DNA of 64,000 nt from Candidatus Dadabacteria bacterium (GCA_963805855.1 CAWDVW010000002.1:352001-416000); one strand, 5' to 3'; counted from the stretch's first letter, positions 39,961 through 50,013 are shown. The notes: a model not told the origin generated them from the letters alone. Program-made: numbers and translations.

Positions 39961-40374
39961 TTGATGAATGTGGAACAAAACAAGTCTATTGCCCTGCGTT
40001 ATATAGAAGAGATGCACAATAAAAGGAATCTAGACGTAGCGGATGAGTTATTCTCGGATGAATGTAAAATCCATTTGGGACAAGCATCATTCAATAGCGA
40101 AAATTATAAGAATATCATACTCAGATCCTCATCTACTTTTTCAGATATAACAACAACCGTAGACGACCTCATTGCTGAGGGAGATAAGGTTGTAACAAGA
40201 TGGACGAGTCGATTTACTCATCAAGATAAATTCATGGGGGTTGATGCTACATATCAGCAAATCAAGATATCTGGTATCTCCATATACAGGATTAACCAAG
40301 GCAAAATTGCCGAAATCTGGATCAGCTGGGACAGGTTATCATTGATGCAGCAAGTGGGCATTATTCATCCCTAG
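39961..40374 (+). CDS. SnoaL-like ester cyclase (NTF2 fold)
   Basis: IAEGDKVVTRW...GISIYRINQGKIAEIW. Confidence 0.85.
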   Translation: MMNVEQNKSIALRYIEEMHNKRNLDVADELFSDECKIHLGQASFNSENYKNIILRSSSTFSDITTTVDDLIAEGDKVVTRWTSRFTHQDKFMGVDATYQQIKISGISIYRINQGKIAEIWISWDRLSLMQQVGIIHP

Positions 40375-40623
40375 ACAGTCCATGATTCCGATCGGATCTT
40401 TTTATTTTTCCTGATTATTACTAGTAAAAGCCCCGTTGGGAGTTTGTTAAACCTAATGACTTTCCGATGATCCTATCTCTGGCACCGAAAATTATTTTTA
40501 TTGAACGGGACAGGAATGTCCCACCTATCGTATGAACTTATGGTTTGGTCGTTTCGTAATACCAAATATCATATTATAATATATTGTTGATGGATGTATT
40601 TTAAACTTTAAGATAAATTATCC

Positions 40624-41181
40624 ATGTCTAGTAATAAATATGATTTAATTATTTTCTTGTCTCTATCTTGTCTCATAGCTCTTAACATTGCATCCAAAAT
40701 AAATACATTTGCTTCGGGAGGAAATAGTATGGAACTTAAAAGCCCTGCGTTCGAAGAAGGGAGTATGATTCCCCAAAAATACACCTGTGATGGTCAGGAT
40801 ATATCTCCTCCTTTAACATGGACATCAGTGATAGATGGCACGAAGACTCTTGCTCTAATATGTGATGACCCAGATGCTCCGGGTGGAACATGGGTTCACT
40901 GGGTTATTTTTAATATACCCGGCGACACAAGAGGCTTGGCCGAGAACATACCCCCTCAGAAAGAACTTCCCAACGGTGCTAAACAGGGAACTAATGATTT
41001 TAGAAAGATTGGCTATGGAGGGCCTTGCCCTCCCGGGGGGACTCACAGATATTATTTCAAAATTTATTCCCTCGATACAGATCTTGATCTAGAAGCCGGT
41101 GCTACCAAGGCTCAATTACTCCAAGCAATGAAAGGTCACGTTCTTGGAGAGGACCAATTGATTGGTAAATACAAGAGATAA
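40624..41181 (+). CDS. YbhB/YbcL family (PEBP) protein
   Basis: DDPDAP, WVHWV and YGGPCPPGGTHRYYF. The start is uncertain. Confidence 0.92.
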   Translation: MSSNKYDLIIFLSLSCLIALNIASKINTFASGGNSMELKSPAFEEGSMIPQKYTCDGQDISPPLTWTSVIDGTKTLALICDDPDAPGGTWVHWVIFNIPGDTRGLAENIPPQKELPNGAKQGTNDFRKIGYGGPCPPGGTHRYYFKIYSLDTDLDLEAGATKAQLLQAMKGHVLGEDQLIGKYKR

Positions 41182-41267
41182 TAGTTCTATATAACATTCT
41201 AGCCACTCAATTAGAGACGAGAGCAATAAAGAATATAAGCTTTGCCGGTAGCTTAAATAATACTGTT

Positions 41268-42407
41268 TTAGTGAAGTTCCTCACAAGTTCTACTTATTAC
41301 ATCGACAGCACGATCCACTTCTTCCATAGTGTTTTCAATGGAAAAGCTAAATCGAATACTCGAATAAGCTTCCTCGTCTGTACGACCCATTGCCGTTAAC
41401 ACGAAAGAGGGATCAGGCTGTGAATTGGTGCATGCAGAGCTTTGCGAGCACCTTATTCCCTTTGCGTCTAGTTTCTTTAATAATATTCTTCCGTCTATGC
41501 CTCCAAATAAAATGTTTGTTGTGTTGCAAATCCTATTTGAAGGATCCCCGTTTATACTCGTATTTGGCACCATTTCAAGTACTTTAGACTCAAAGTAGTC
41601 GCGCAGTTCTCGCATCTTCCCAATATGCTCCTTAAGATTCTTCCGTCTGAGTTCCGCTGCCTTACCCATTCCCACAATTCCAGAAACGTTCTCGGTACCG
41701 GGACGGAAGCCGTTCTCTTGAAAGCCCCCGAAGAAAATGGGCGCTAACAAGAACTTATCCCTACAGAATATCGCCCCTATCCCCTGGGGCGAGTGAAATT
41801 TGTGCCCAGTCAAAGAGAGAAAATCTACCGCAGTTTCATCCATGTTTACCTCTAACTTTCCCACGGCCTGGGCTGCGTCCGTATGAATGACTTTTCCATG
41901 TTCATGGCATATAGCGACAATTTCTGCCAATGGCTGAATTACTCCCGTTTCATTATTCACCCATTGTATCGATACAAGGTCTATGTCCTCGCTAACAAGT
42001 CGTCTCAGTTCCTCAAGGTCTATATGTCCCCTTGAATCAACGGGGAGCAAAATAATATCAACACCCTTAATCCTTAGATGACTGCACATCTTTCGGATCG
42101 AGGAATGCTCAATGGTAGTCGTCAGTATACGACAACGCTCATATTTGCCACGTGTAGCGGAGTAGAAAGCCATGTTATTAGCTTCTGTGCCAGAGCTTGT
42201 GAAGACAACATTGTTAGGATCAGCTCCTATCAATTGTCCCAGTTGCTTTCTAGCTTCTTTAATACACCCTCTGACCCTCTCCCCTGCCGAATGAGAGCTA
42301 GACGGATTCCCAAAGCCACTGCTGAGGATCGGAAGCATTAATTTAATCACATCCGGTAATGGCCTTGTGGTTGCATTATTGTCTAAATAAATTTCTATGT
42401 TTGCCAT
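41268..42407 (-). CDS. Cysteine desulfurase (IscS/NifS group)
   Basis: YLDNNATT, GNPSS, SGTEANN, TGHKF (PLP Lys), PGTEN and SSAC. Confidence 0.93.
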   Translation of the reverse strand: MANIEIYLDNNATTRPLPDVIKLMLPILSSGFGNPSSSHSAGERVRGCIKEARKQLGQLIGADPNNVVFTSSGTEANNMAFYSATRGKYERCRILTTTIEHSSIRKMCSHLRIKGVDIILLPVDSRGHIDLEELRRLVSEDIDLVSIQWVNNETGVIQPLAEIVAICHEHGKVIHTDAAQAVGKLEVNMDETAVDFLSLTGHKFHSPQGIGAIFCRDKFLLAPIFFGGFQENGFRPGTENVSGIVGMGKAAELRRKNLKEHIGKMRELRDYFESKVLEMVPNTSINGDPSNRICNTTNILFGGIDGRILLKKLDAKGIRCSQSSACTNSQPDPSFVLTAMGRTDEEAYSSIRFSFSIENTMEEVDRAVDVISRTCEELH

Positions 42408-42619
42408 AGCCTCTTACATTACATAAACAGTATAATATACAAACCTATAACCTGTACAGTAAATATTAATCGCTAAAGAACAACGGATGAATCATAAGCA
42501 ATAGGCATTCGGATAGGTAGTCCTCGTTCGGTTGATAAGGTCAGGATTGACTTGTGTTTACGCTCTTACGGATATTATTTTTCTGCTCATAAGCAAGTTA
42601 TAATAAACATTCAAATAAT

Positions 42620-43531
42620 ATGGCTATCATCACAATTTCAGAAAATCTGGATGGCTTGGGTGGCGAAATTGCAACTAAGGTGTCACAAAGACTGGGTTTT
42701 TCTTTAGTCGACAGTACCTTAATACTCAGGGATTTGATCGAGACGGGCTCTATAGACAGTATGAGCTTATTCGATTATGTGGCAAGGGAAAAAATCCCGC
42801 CCGAAATAATAAAAAATCTAATCATAGAAAAAGCACTTAGGGACAATGTCATCATACTTAATCTAGGCGGAGAAGTCTTGTTTCGGAAATTGCCAGGGAC
42901 ATTACACGTAAAGGTGCGGGATATTAACAGCTATAGGGCAGGCAAAAGGGCTTTAAGGCAAACGAGAAAAAATTATTTAAACTTCATGAGAACACTTTTT
43001 CGAAAAGTAACAATAGGAGCTGAATTTTATGATTTACAGATAATGTTAAAGAGACTGGATACCGATTTTGCAGTGGATCTAATACTCACTGCAGTTGAAA
43101 CCAAAGGTATAACCCTGAAGGCTGGAATTACGTGGAAGGCTCTTCAGCTACTTAAGTCAAGCCTGAGAAAAAAAGAAAAGCGTTCCAATACAGCCAAATA
43201 TGTTAAAAAATTGACAATGCCTTCATTTGCCCACCCTAGCGAAAAAGAATTTGCAAAGGTTCTGGATTTTTACAGGATAAAATGGGAGTATGAGCCTAGA
43301 AGCTTTCTTCTTAAAGCCGACAAAAACGGGATGGTTAAAGAGGAGTTCACACCTGATTTTTATCTTCCTGAGCTAGACCTTTACATAGAACTCACAACCC
43401 TTAAGCAAAAGCTTGTTACAAAGAAGAATAGAAAATTGAGAAGATTAAAAAAGCTCTATCCCGATGTAAACATTAAGTTATTCTATGGAAGGGATTATAA
43501 TAAGTTACTGCAGAGGTTCGGAATTAGATAA
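42620..43531 (+). CDS. Cytidylate-kinase-like domain fused to a PD-(D/E)XK-like nuclease domain
   Basis: N-terminal IITIS...GGEIA...LGF...D, and C-terminal FAHPSE...WEYEP...FTPDFYLP...YIELT. Confidence 0.65.
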   Translation: MAIITISENLDGLGGEIATKVSQRLGFSLVDSTLILRDLIETGSIDSMSLFDYVAREKIPPEIIKNLIIEKALRDNVIILNLGGEVLFRKLPGTLHVKVRDINSYRAGKRALRQTRKNYLNFMRTLFRKVTIGAEFYDLQIMLKRLDTDFAVDLILTAVETKGITLKAGITWKALQLLKSSLRKKEKRSNTAKYVKKLTMPSFAHPSEKEFAKVLDFYRIKWEYEPRSFLLKADKNGMVKEEFTPDFYLPELDLYIELTTLKQKLVTKKNRKLRRLKKLYPDVNIKLFYGRDYNKLLQRFGIR

Positions 43532-43653
43532 AAAAATGCGACCCCAAGTGACCTTGTTCCTCCATTGAAAACCCCTTTCTCTACTCGAGTCTCCTCTTTC
43601 GATACTCTTTTTAATTAGTTTTCAAAGTAGCCTCAGCCCCTTGGAATCGCTTA
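43530..43653 (-). ncRNA. Candidate structured small RNA (about 120 nt)
   Basis: Minus-strand TTGACA-N17-TATAAA promoter, an 11-bp terminal stem, an 8-bp inner stem and a U-run end. Confidence 0.5.
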
Positions 43654-43659
43654 CTTATA

Positions 43660-43688
43660 TTTATACAAAATATAATTCCCCGTGTCAA
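43660..43688 (-). promoter_or_regulatory. Sigma70-type promoter, minus strand
   Basis: TTGACA (43688-43683), 17-nt spacer, TATAAA (43665-43660). Confidence 0.6.
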
Positions 43689-43776
43689 GAGAAAATTTTT
43701 ATACATAAAAAATTACTGAAACTCAGCAAGTTATGATACACTTAATCCTGGTAATTAACGATAACTCTCGTATGGG

Positions 43777-44337
43777 ATGATCCAATCCTCTCCATTAACA
43801 GTGCTTGAAGATATACAAAAAATACTAATTACTGAAAAAGAGATTGACGATAGGGTAAAGCAGCTGGGCGCCAAGATTTCACAAGATTATAAAGGAACAA
43901 ATCCTGTTTTAGTCTGCGTGCTTAGGGGTTCAATCGTATTTATCTGTGATTTAATAAGACAGATTTCCATACCTATCACCCTGGATTTCTTATCTATTTC
44001 AGGTTACACAGGTAACAAACCGACCGGAATCGTACGAATATTAAAGGACCTAGATGAGAACATTGAAAATAAAAGCGTCATCTTGGTTGAGGATATTATC
44101 GATACGGGTTTAACCCTCAACTATATACTGAGGACTCTAAAAGCAAAGAAACCGGACAATGTCCGGGTATGCGCTCTACTTGATAAAAAGGTAAGACGAA
44201 TCGTCGATATACCTATTGATTATCGTGGCTTTGAAATACCAGATGAGTTTGTTATAGGTTATGGAATGGATTACAGGCAGCGATACAGGAATCTACCATT
44301 CATCGGCGTTCTTAAGGAAGAAATTTTAGGAAGTTGA
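43777..44337 (+). CDS. hpt: Hypoxanthine phosphoribosyltransferase
   Basis: VLRGS, LVEDIIDTGLTL, LLDK and FVIGYGMDY...YRNLP. Confidence 0.95.
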   Translation: MIQSSPLTVLEDIQKILITEKEIDDRVKQLGAKISQDYKGTNPVLVCVLRGSIVFICDLIRQISIPITLDFLSISGYTGNKPTGIVRILKDLDENIENKSVILVEDIIDTGLTLNYILRTLKAKKPDNVRVCALLDKKVRRIVDIPIDYRGFEIPDEFVIGYGMDYRQRYRNLPFIGVLKEEILGS

Positions 44338-44469
44338 GCAGCTAAAAGCGTCAACTTTACAAAAAGTTGCGAAATTCGCCCATAGGGACCGGATTGGAAA
44401 CAATTTTTAGGTGACTTACGATCTCATAGGATCATATATCCCCGATTGAAACCATAGACTTGTTTTCAA

Positions 44470-45327
44470 ATGAAAAGGGTAATTTTGTTAACTTCACTTT
44501 CCGTTGTAATTATTTCATACGGGTTATTTACGCTAAATTCTTCGGCTCAGTCTGGCGTACTCACTTTTAAGCGACATGGAAATGATTTCAGAACGATACC
44601 TCTTGAAAAACTGAAAAAACTTATTCCACCACTTAACGTAGAAGTGTTAGAACCTCTAGAATCTGTAAAACGAGAGTACGTTGGGTTTCCCGTAAACCAA
44701 CTCCTGACGATAGTTTATGGTGATAGCTGGAAAGATGCCGATGATATTTTGTTTACATGCAAGGACGGCTATCAGGCATCTATTCCCACCGAAAACTTTA
44801 TAAGATTCAGTAGCTATCTTGTATATGATCGTCCTGACAATAAAGGATTTACATTAATAAATAAACTACAGGGCGATGAGTTTGTGAGGCTTGGGCCGTT
44901 TTACCTCATATGGGATGATATTAAATTTCCCGAGGTCCTAAAAATGGGTGCTGTGCATTGGCCTTATCAAATAACAACAATTGACCTTATAGACTTCTCC
45001 GACCGTTTTCCCGGTATGGCTCCTCCGAAAAATAGCTCACATGATGTAAAGAGCGGATTCAACTTCTTCCGAACGTACTGCTCGAGTTGCCACACTATAA
45101 ACGGGGAAGGCGGAAAGAAGGCCAAGGAGCTTAATTACCCGGTTAACGTCACTGAATATTTCAAAGAACCCTGGCTAAAGAAATGGATCAACAACCCAAG
45201 AGACATCAGCTACGATTCAACTATGCCAGCACTAGATGCCGAGGCTAAGGACAGGGAAAGAATCATTGAGAACATTATTTCGTATCTTAAAGTCATGAAG
45301 GATTACAAACATAAACCCGAAACGTGA
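44470..45327 (+). CDS. Exported protein with a C-terminal mono-heme cytochrome c domain
   Basis: Signal peptide, N-domain with CKDGY...GPFYLIW...WPYQ, CSSCH heme motif and a distal MP. Confidence 0.8.
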   Translation: MKRVILLTSLSVVIISYGLFTLNSSAQSGVLTFKRHGNDFRTIPLEKLKKLIPPLNVEVLEPLESVKREYVGFPVNQLLTIVYGDSWKDADDILFTCKDGYQASIPTENFIRFSSYLVYDRPDNKGFTLINKLQGDEFVRLGPFYLIWDDIKFPEVLKMGAVHWPYQITTIDLIDFSDRFPGMAPPKNSSHDVKSGFNFFRTYCSSCHTINGEGGKKAKELNYPVNVTEYFKEPWLKKWINNPRDISYDSTMPALDAEAKDRERIIENIISYLKVMKDYKHKPET

Positions 45328-45366
45328 TATAAATACAGCAGACAGGGAATAACCCATACTGCCAAT

Positions 45367-46170
45367 TTAATTTTTATGAGGGATGAGAGCGACGATCCGG
45401 AGCGGTCCTCCGCTACCACCTTTGATCTTCATAGGCAAGGCAAAAACGATTGCCCCTTTCGCCGGCAATTTATCCAGATTAGCCACGTTTTCAAATGCCG
45501 GCACGCTGTCTTTAAATAATGTGACGTGTGATTCAAATAACTGCGATTGACCATAATCGATGCTCGCCGTATCCAGTCCTATTGCCTTTAGTCTTCGATT
45601 TTCAATCAACCACTTTGCCGCTTCCGGATCCAATCCTGGGAAGTGAAGATTCTTCACGGCTTCTTCACCGCGATTTTCTGTTCCCAGATATTTAACCTTA
45701 TCCGGCCAATACTTTGAGTAACCGGTGTACAATAAGATAATCGAATGATCCGGAATCCGACCATTTTCATCCTCCCATTCCTTGAAATCATCTATCCCAA
45801 TCTCGTAATCGGGATTCTCGTCTGCCTTCCTGGAAACATCTACGACGACGGCTGTGCCGATTAGCCGATTTAAGGGTATTTCATCCAACGTTTCTTTACC
45901 TTCAGCAAAATGAATTGGCGCGTCAACATGTGTCCCACCATGTTCAGCAGCTGAATAATTTTTCGCTTCATAAAAGAACCCCTTATCTGTGATGCCCTCA
46001 AATACGACTTCGGATTTGAAGGTTTCAGAAGTTGGCCAGTAGATCGTTTCCGATGAGAAATTATGTGTGAGGTCGACCCATTCCCCTTGGGGAAATGAGT
46101 CTGATTTAGAACACCCTAGAATAGTAATTAGGGTTGATAACAATAAAGCCGGTAAATTATAACTGGACAT
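45367..46170 (-). CDS. Cyclase family protein, probable lipoprotein
   Basis: EHGGTHVDAPIHF, GGSGGPLR and an ILGC lipobox. Confidence 0.88.
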   Translation of the reverse strand: MSSYNLPALLLSTLITILGCSKSDSFPQGEWVDLTHNFSSETIYWPTSETFKSEVVFEGITDKGFFYEAKNYSAAEHGGTHVDAPIHFAEGKETLDEIPLNRLIGTAVVVDVSRKADENPDYEIGIDDFKEWEDENGRIPDHSIILLYTGYSKYWPDKVKYLGTENRGEEAVKNLHFPGLDPEAAKWLIENRRLKAIGLDTASIDYGQSQLFESHVTLFKDSVPAFENVANLDKLPAKGAIVFALPMKIKGGSGGPLRIVALIPHKN

Positions 46171-46213
46171 CTTTTCTTCCTCTGTATGTGTAAGTTATTG
46201 ACAAGATTATATA

Positions 46214-47212
46214 GTGGGTGTGATAATATCAAGAAATCACCGGCCAGAATGGAGGAATAATTTTATGACAAGAGCGTGGAGCAGAATAATACTAGCTTTT
46301 TCTTTCGCCATATTTATATTGCTGAATATTTCATGCCAAGACCAGACTACAGACACCAGGATACTAATATTTCCCGGTGGGTTGGCAGTGGCAGAAGATG
46401 GCAATATTTTTTTAACCACGGTAAATCCACCAACAGTATTACGAGTCGATCCCGAATCAGGCGAGGTTACAACAATCTCGGGAGCTGGCGTTGGTAACGG
46501 CCCTGCATTTTCTGCTCCAAGGGGTCTTACAATTGACGATGCAGGAATTCTATTTGTCACAGACTCCGATCTCAGGGCTGTTTTTAGCGTAGACCCCATT
46601 ACCGGTAATCGGAATATCATATCCAGTTCCAGCGTGGGCTCTGGTGATGATTTAAGAAATCCTGTCGATGTTACGGTAGTGTTCGATGGAAATCTAGTAG
46701 TTGCCGATCCAAATCTTAAGGCAATCGTCATGGTAAATCCCATAGATGGCAACCGAAGCATAATATCCGATAGCAACACCGGGAGCGGAACAGAGTTCAA
46801 GGCACCGGTGGGTGTGACCGTCGATGACCAAGGAATATTATTGGTGGCGGATGAGTTCCGTAGAGCAGTTTTTGCAGTCGATCCCGATACGGGAGACCGA
46901 ACTGTGATATCGAACAGGAAGACCGGCAACGGTCCGTCATTCGTTCAAATCACGGGTCTAGCCCTTGATCAAGATGGAAATATCGTGGTTATGGACACAG
47001 GCGGTAATAGTGTAATTGGTGTAGAAATTCTGACTGGAGATCGTGTTACGATTTCATCAATTCTAAAAGGTTCGGGTCCATTTTTTCAGTTTCCCAGGGC
47101 AATTGCTGTGGAGGATGATGGAAATATTCTGGTTTTAGACAGCGCTAATTTTAGACTCTTGCGCGTTAACCCAGTAAACGGCAATCGTACGGTACTGGTA
47201 CAGGCTGGGTAA
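46214..47212 (+). CDS. NHL-repeat beta-propeller protein, probable lipoprotein
   Basis: Six repeats of about 48 aa (P-x-G-L/V-x-V...VDP-x-x-G-x-R) and an N-terminal hydrophobic segment ending in Cys. The start is probably downstream. Confidence 0.8.
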   Translation: MGVIISRNHRPEWRNNFMTRAWSRIILAFSFAIFILLNISCQDQTTDTRILIFPGGLAVAEDGNIFLTTVNPPTVLRVDPESGEVTTISGAGVGNGPAFSAPRGLTIDDAGILFVTDSDLRAVFSVDPITGNRNIISSSSVGSGDDLRNPVDVTVVFDGNLVVADPNLKAIVMVNPIDGNRSIISDSNTGSGTEFKAPVGVTVDDQGILLVADEFRRAVFAVDPDTGDRTVISNRKTGNGPSFVQITGLALDQDGNIVVMDTGGNSVIGVEILTGDRVTISSILKGSGPFFQFPRAIAVEDDGNILVLDSANFRLLRVNPVNGNRTVLVQAG

Positions 47213-47280
47213 TAAATGTGCATTGTATGTAGAATAAATTCACAGTTGCTTAGTTAATCCATAACCAAAGAAAACAATTA

Positions 47281-47817
47281 TTATTCACGGAACAATTTTA
47301 TGTACTCTTTTTCGGTAATCACCTCACTTACTCTCTCCAAACGGTCGAGAAATACTATCCCCTTAAGATGATCGTATTCGTGTTGAAATATCCTCGCTAT
47401 GAAATCAGATAATTCTTCTGTCTTCTTATCCCCATTCCTGTTGGTATATTCAACAGCGATGGATTTGTGACGCGATACCAATCCCCTTATTCCTGGGATG
47501 CTTAAACATCCTTCCCAGTCCTTAATCATTTGATCGGAGCTAGATAAAATCTTCGGGTTGATTACTTCTATCGGTTCCATTTTCGGTGCATCCGGATATC
47601 GAGGGTTTGGACTGGAGGCAACTATAAAAATTTGATAGGATTCATTTACCTGTGGAGCAGCAATCCCCACACCATTTACCGCTCTAACAGTCTCGATCAA
47701 ATTGTCGATTAGTACCTGAATATATTCATCACCGATATTCTCCACATGTTTGGCATTCTCCCTTAATATGGGATTGCCCAGCTCTTCAATTTCCAATATC
47801 TTTGCCATTTCCCCCAA
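47281..47817 (-). CDS. def: Peptide deformylase
   Basis: GVGIAAPQ, EGCLS and QHEYDHLKG. Confidence 0.96.
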   Translation of the reverse strand: MGEMAKILEIEELGNPILRENAKHVENIGDEYIQVLIDNLIETVRAVNGVGIAAPQVNESYQIFIVASSPNPRYPDAPKMEPIEVINPKILSSSDQMIKDWEGCLSIPGIRGLVSRHKSIAVEYTNRNGDKKTEELSDFIARIFQHEYDHLKGIVFLDRLERVSEVITEKEYIKLFRE

Positions 47818-47963
47818 TTATAATATTAAAATGAATTTAATAAAGGACTCATTCTTAACTGTCTGAATAGATCCACCAATAATGGGAGAATCTTTTGAAT
47901 GGATTTAGTTTTCCGTAAATAGTAATTAAACTCTAATATCTAACTTAAAAAAACTCAATTATG

Positions 47964-47993
47964 TTGACAAAGGCTTTCCAATTGTGAGATAAT
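47964..47993 (+). promoter_or_regulatory. Sigma70-type promoter
   Basis: TTGACA-N18-GATAAT with a TG extension. Confidence 0.55.
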
Positions 47994-48066
47994 TGGGGTT
48001 GCTTAAGTAGTTGGCTTTATAGTTCTTGTCACTTTACCAGAATCCTGAAGGGGTCTCAAGCACGGT

Positions 48067-48240
48067 ATGATGACAGCAGTTCCACCTTCCCAAGCTGCGC
48101 CCACGGAGTCTATGCCAACGCACGACGAGGGTGGACACATATCCATGTCGAAAGCGGCTGGAGTTTTTATCATTACCTTTGCTTTCCTTGCAATATCAGT
48201 CTGGTTTACCAACCTTTTTGTGGAACTCAGGCTCTGGTAG
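48067..48240 (+). CDS. Small single-TM protein, 57 aa
   Basis: Translated by hand: MMTAVPPSQAAPTESMPTHDEGGHISMSKAAGVFIITFAFLAISVWFTNLFVELRLW. It lies between the promoter and the VOC gene. Confidence 0.5.
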   Translation: MMTAVPPSQAAPTESMPTHDEGGHISMSKAAGVFIITFAFLAISVWFTNLFVELRLW

Positions 48241-48246
48241 GAAATC

Positions 48247-48684
48247 ATGAAATGGATAAAAAATCTGGTGAGTAGCGACAACATGATCACGGGAATAGAC
48301 CACGTTGCGATAGTTGTAAGCGATATGGACAGGTCTATTGAGTTTTACAATGAGGTGTTAGGGCTGAGAATACTGAAAGACGGACGAAATGAAGGAGGGA
48401 AGAAAAAGTCCTTCCTCGGAACTAAAGACCACACTTTAATCGCTTTAACAGAAGATAAAAAGCTCAATAGTGATAAATCTCAAATTGTGGAGAGTGTTGC
48501 TCACGTGGCTTTTAAAGTAAATGATGTGGAAAAATCGAGCAAAGCCCTTAAGGGCAAAGGGGTCACATTCATAGAAGAAAAGGTCGAAAAGGACGGAAAG
48601 ATAAAAGCATATCACTTCCTTGATCCAGATGGTCTCGAACTAGAGATCTATGGCGAAACGGGAGAATCTGTCCCGCCTTACTAA
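48247..48684 (+). CDS. VOC / glyoxalase family protein
   Basis: IDHVAIVVSD...FY..VLGL, HVAF and FLDPDG.ELE. Confidence 0.9.
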   Translation: MKWIKNLVSSDNMITGIDHVAIVVSDMDRSIEFYNEVLGLRILKDGRNEGGKKKSFLGTKDHTLIALTEDKKLNSDKSQIVESVAHVAFKVNDVEKSSKALKGKGVTFIEEKVEKDGKIKAYHFLDPDGLELEIYGETGESVPPY

Positions 48685-48890
48685 ATTAAAGTTGAGCCTT
48701 AACACATCATTTTCTGACCTCAAACGTTAAATTGCTCACAACGCGTACAGTAGTTATGAAAGGTGACCGGGTCATTGATGAGCATATTCCCTTAAACCGC
48801 AAAACTAGTAAAATCAGTCGATCAGGTTAACCGACTTAATTTGCGAGCCGGAGAGATTTTGGGTATAAATTCCTGACTTCACAACCACTC

Positions 48891-49949
48891 ATGAGGTTTT
48901 GGATGAACCTGAAAAAACTCGCCCAACAAGTGTCAAATAAATCAAAGATCAAGGTTACCTTAAATGATATAGAAAGGTTGCTGGGTACGCTAAGAAAGAG
49001 CAAGAATCCCTGGGATGTTATAGACAAGTCTGATTTTCCGGTTCCCGCAGTATTCGAATCCATTAAGGCACTGGAAAAAATCAGACTTGTTTCAGTATCG
49101 GGAAATGGATTTTACCTCACGGATGAAGGAAAAAATGTCGCAAAACGTTTACATCCGGTGGACGATCTCTCATGTAAAACTTGCGAAGGAAGGGGAATCA
49201 TTCTGGAAAAATTCTCGGAAATCAAAAATAAATTCCTCAAGATTCAGAAGAGACGTCCGGCTCCATTGAGAAAGTTTGACCAAGGATACGTAACCCCTTC
49301 CACTACTCTCTCACGTTTTGCCCTTGCCTATGAAAGGGGCGACATACATGGAAAGGAAATATTCGTCCTTGGAGACGATGATCTGATAAGTATAGTTCTT
49401 GGAATCAGCCGTCTACCGAAGAGAATAACAGTAGTGGAAATTGACAACAGACTAACAGATTTCATTCAGGAAATCGGTGTAATAGAAGGGTTCAAAGTGG
49501 ACGTTCACACTTTCGATCTACGACGTTCTATTCCCCGCGATCATAGGAATAAATATGATACCTTTTTCACCGATCCTCCTGAGACATTGAAGGCGGCGGA
49601 CGCTTTTATTGGCAGGGGAATTGCGACACTTAGTCAACCTGGTTCCGCTGGATACTTTGGTTTTACAAGGAGGGAAGCGTCTCTCACGAAGTGGTATGAG
49701 CTCCAGAAAATGCTACTTAAATACAAGATCGTATTCACTGATATAATTCATAATTTTAACGAATATATAAACTGGGGTTACGAAGAGGAAACAAGGGCTT
49801 GGAGACTGTCTCCCTCAAAAGTCAAGCCCAATAAGAACTGGTACAGATCGGCGCTATATAGACTTGAAACTCTTGAGGGCTTCAGGGGTAATCACAAGGA
49901 ATACATCAAAGAAAATATATATGAGGACCATGAGAGCTCGACAACCTGA
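48891..49949 (+). CDS. bpsA: Branched-chain polyamine synthase-like protein (N4-bis(aminopropyl)spermidine synthase, BpsA/DUF43)
   Basis: FDQGYVTP, LGDDDL, EIDNRL, FDLR, FFTDPPET, FNEYINWGY and terminal ESSTT. Confidence 0.8.
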   Translation: MRFWMNLKKLAQQVSNKSKIKVTLNDIERLLGTLRKSKNPWDVIDKSDFPVPAVFESIKALEKIRLVSVSGNGFYLTDEGKNVAKRLHPVDDLSCKTCEGRGIILEKFSEIKNKFLKIQKRRPAPLRKFDQGYVTPSTTLSRFALAYERGDIHGKEIFVLGDDDLISIVLGISRLPKRITVVEIDNRLTDFIQEIGVIEGFKVDVHTFDLRRSIPRDHRNKYDTFFTDPPETLKAADAFIGRGIATLSQPGSAGYFGFTRREASLTKWYELQKMLLKYKIVFTDIIHNFNEYINWGYEEETRAWRLSPSKVKPNKNWYRSALYRLETLEGFRGNHKEYIKENIYEDHESSTT

Positions 49950-50013
49950 ATATGTTAAATCATACTCCTTAGCTAAGAATCTAACATAGATTAGCCGGAC
50001 TGAAGTTAACTTA

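Noticed and set aside
46237-46929. 230-aa minus-strand ORF
   Set aside because: It is the antisense shadow of the repetitive NHL protein.
48690-48890. Riboswitch upstream of bpsA (also considered upstream of ribE, hpt and the alanine symporter)
   Set aside because: No SAM, FMN, purine, glycine or c-di-GMP consensus was recognisable by eye.
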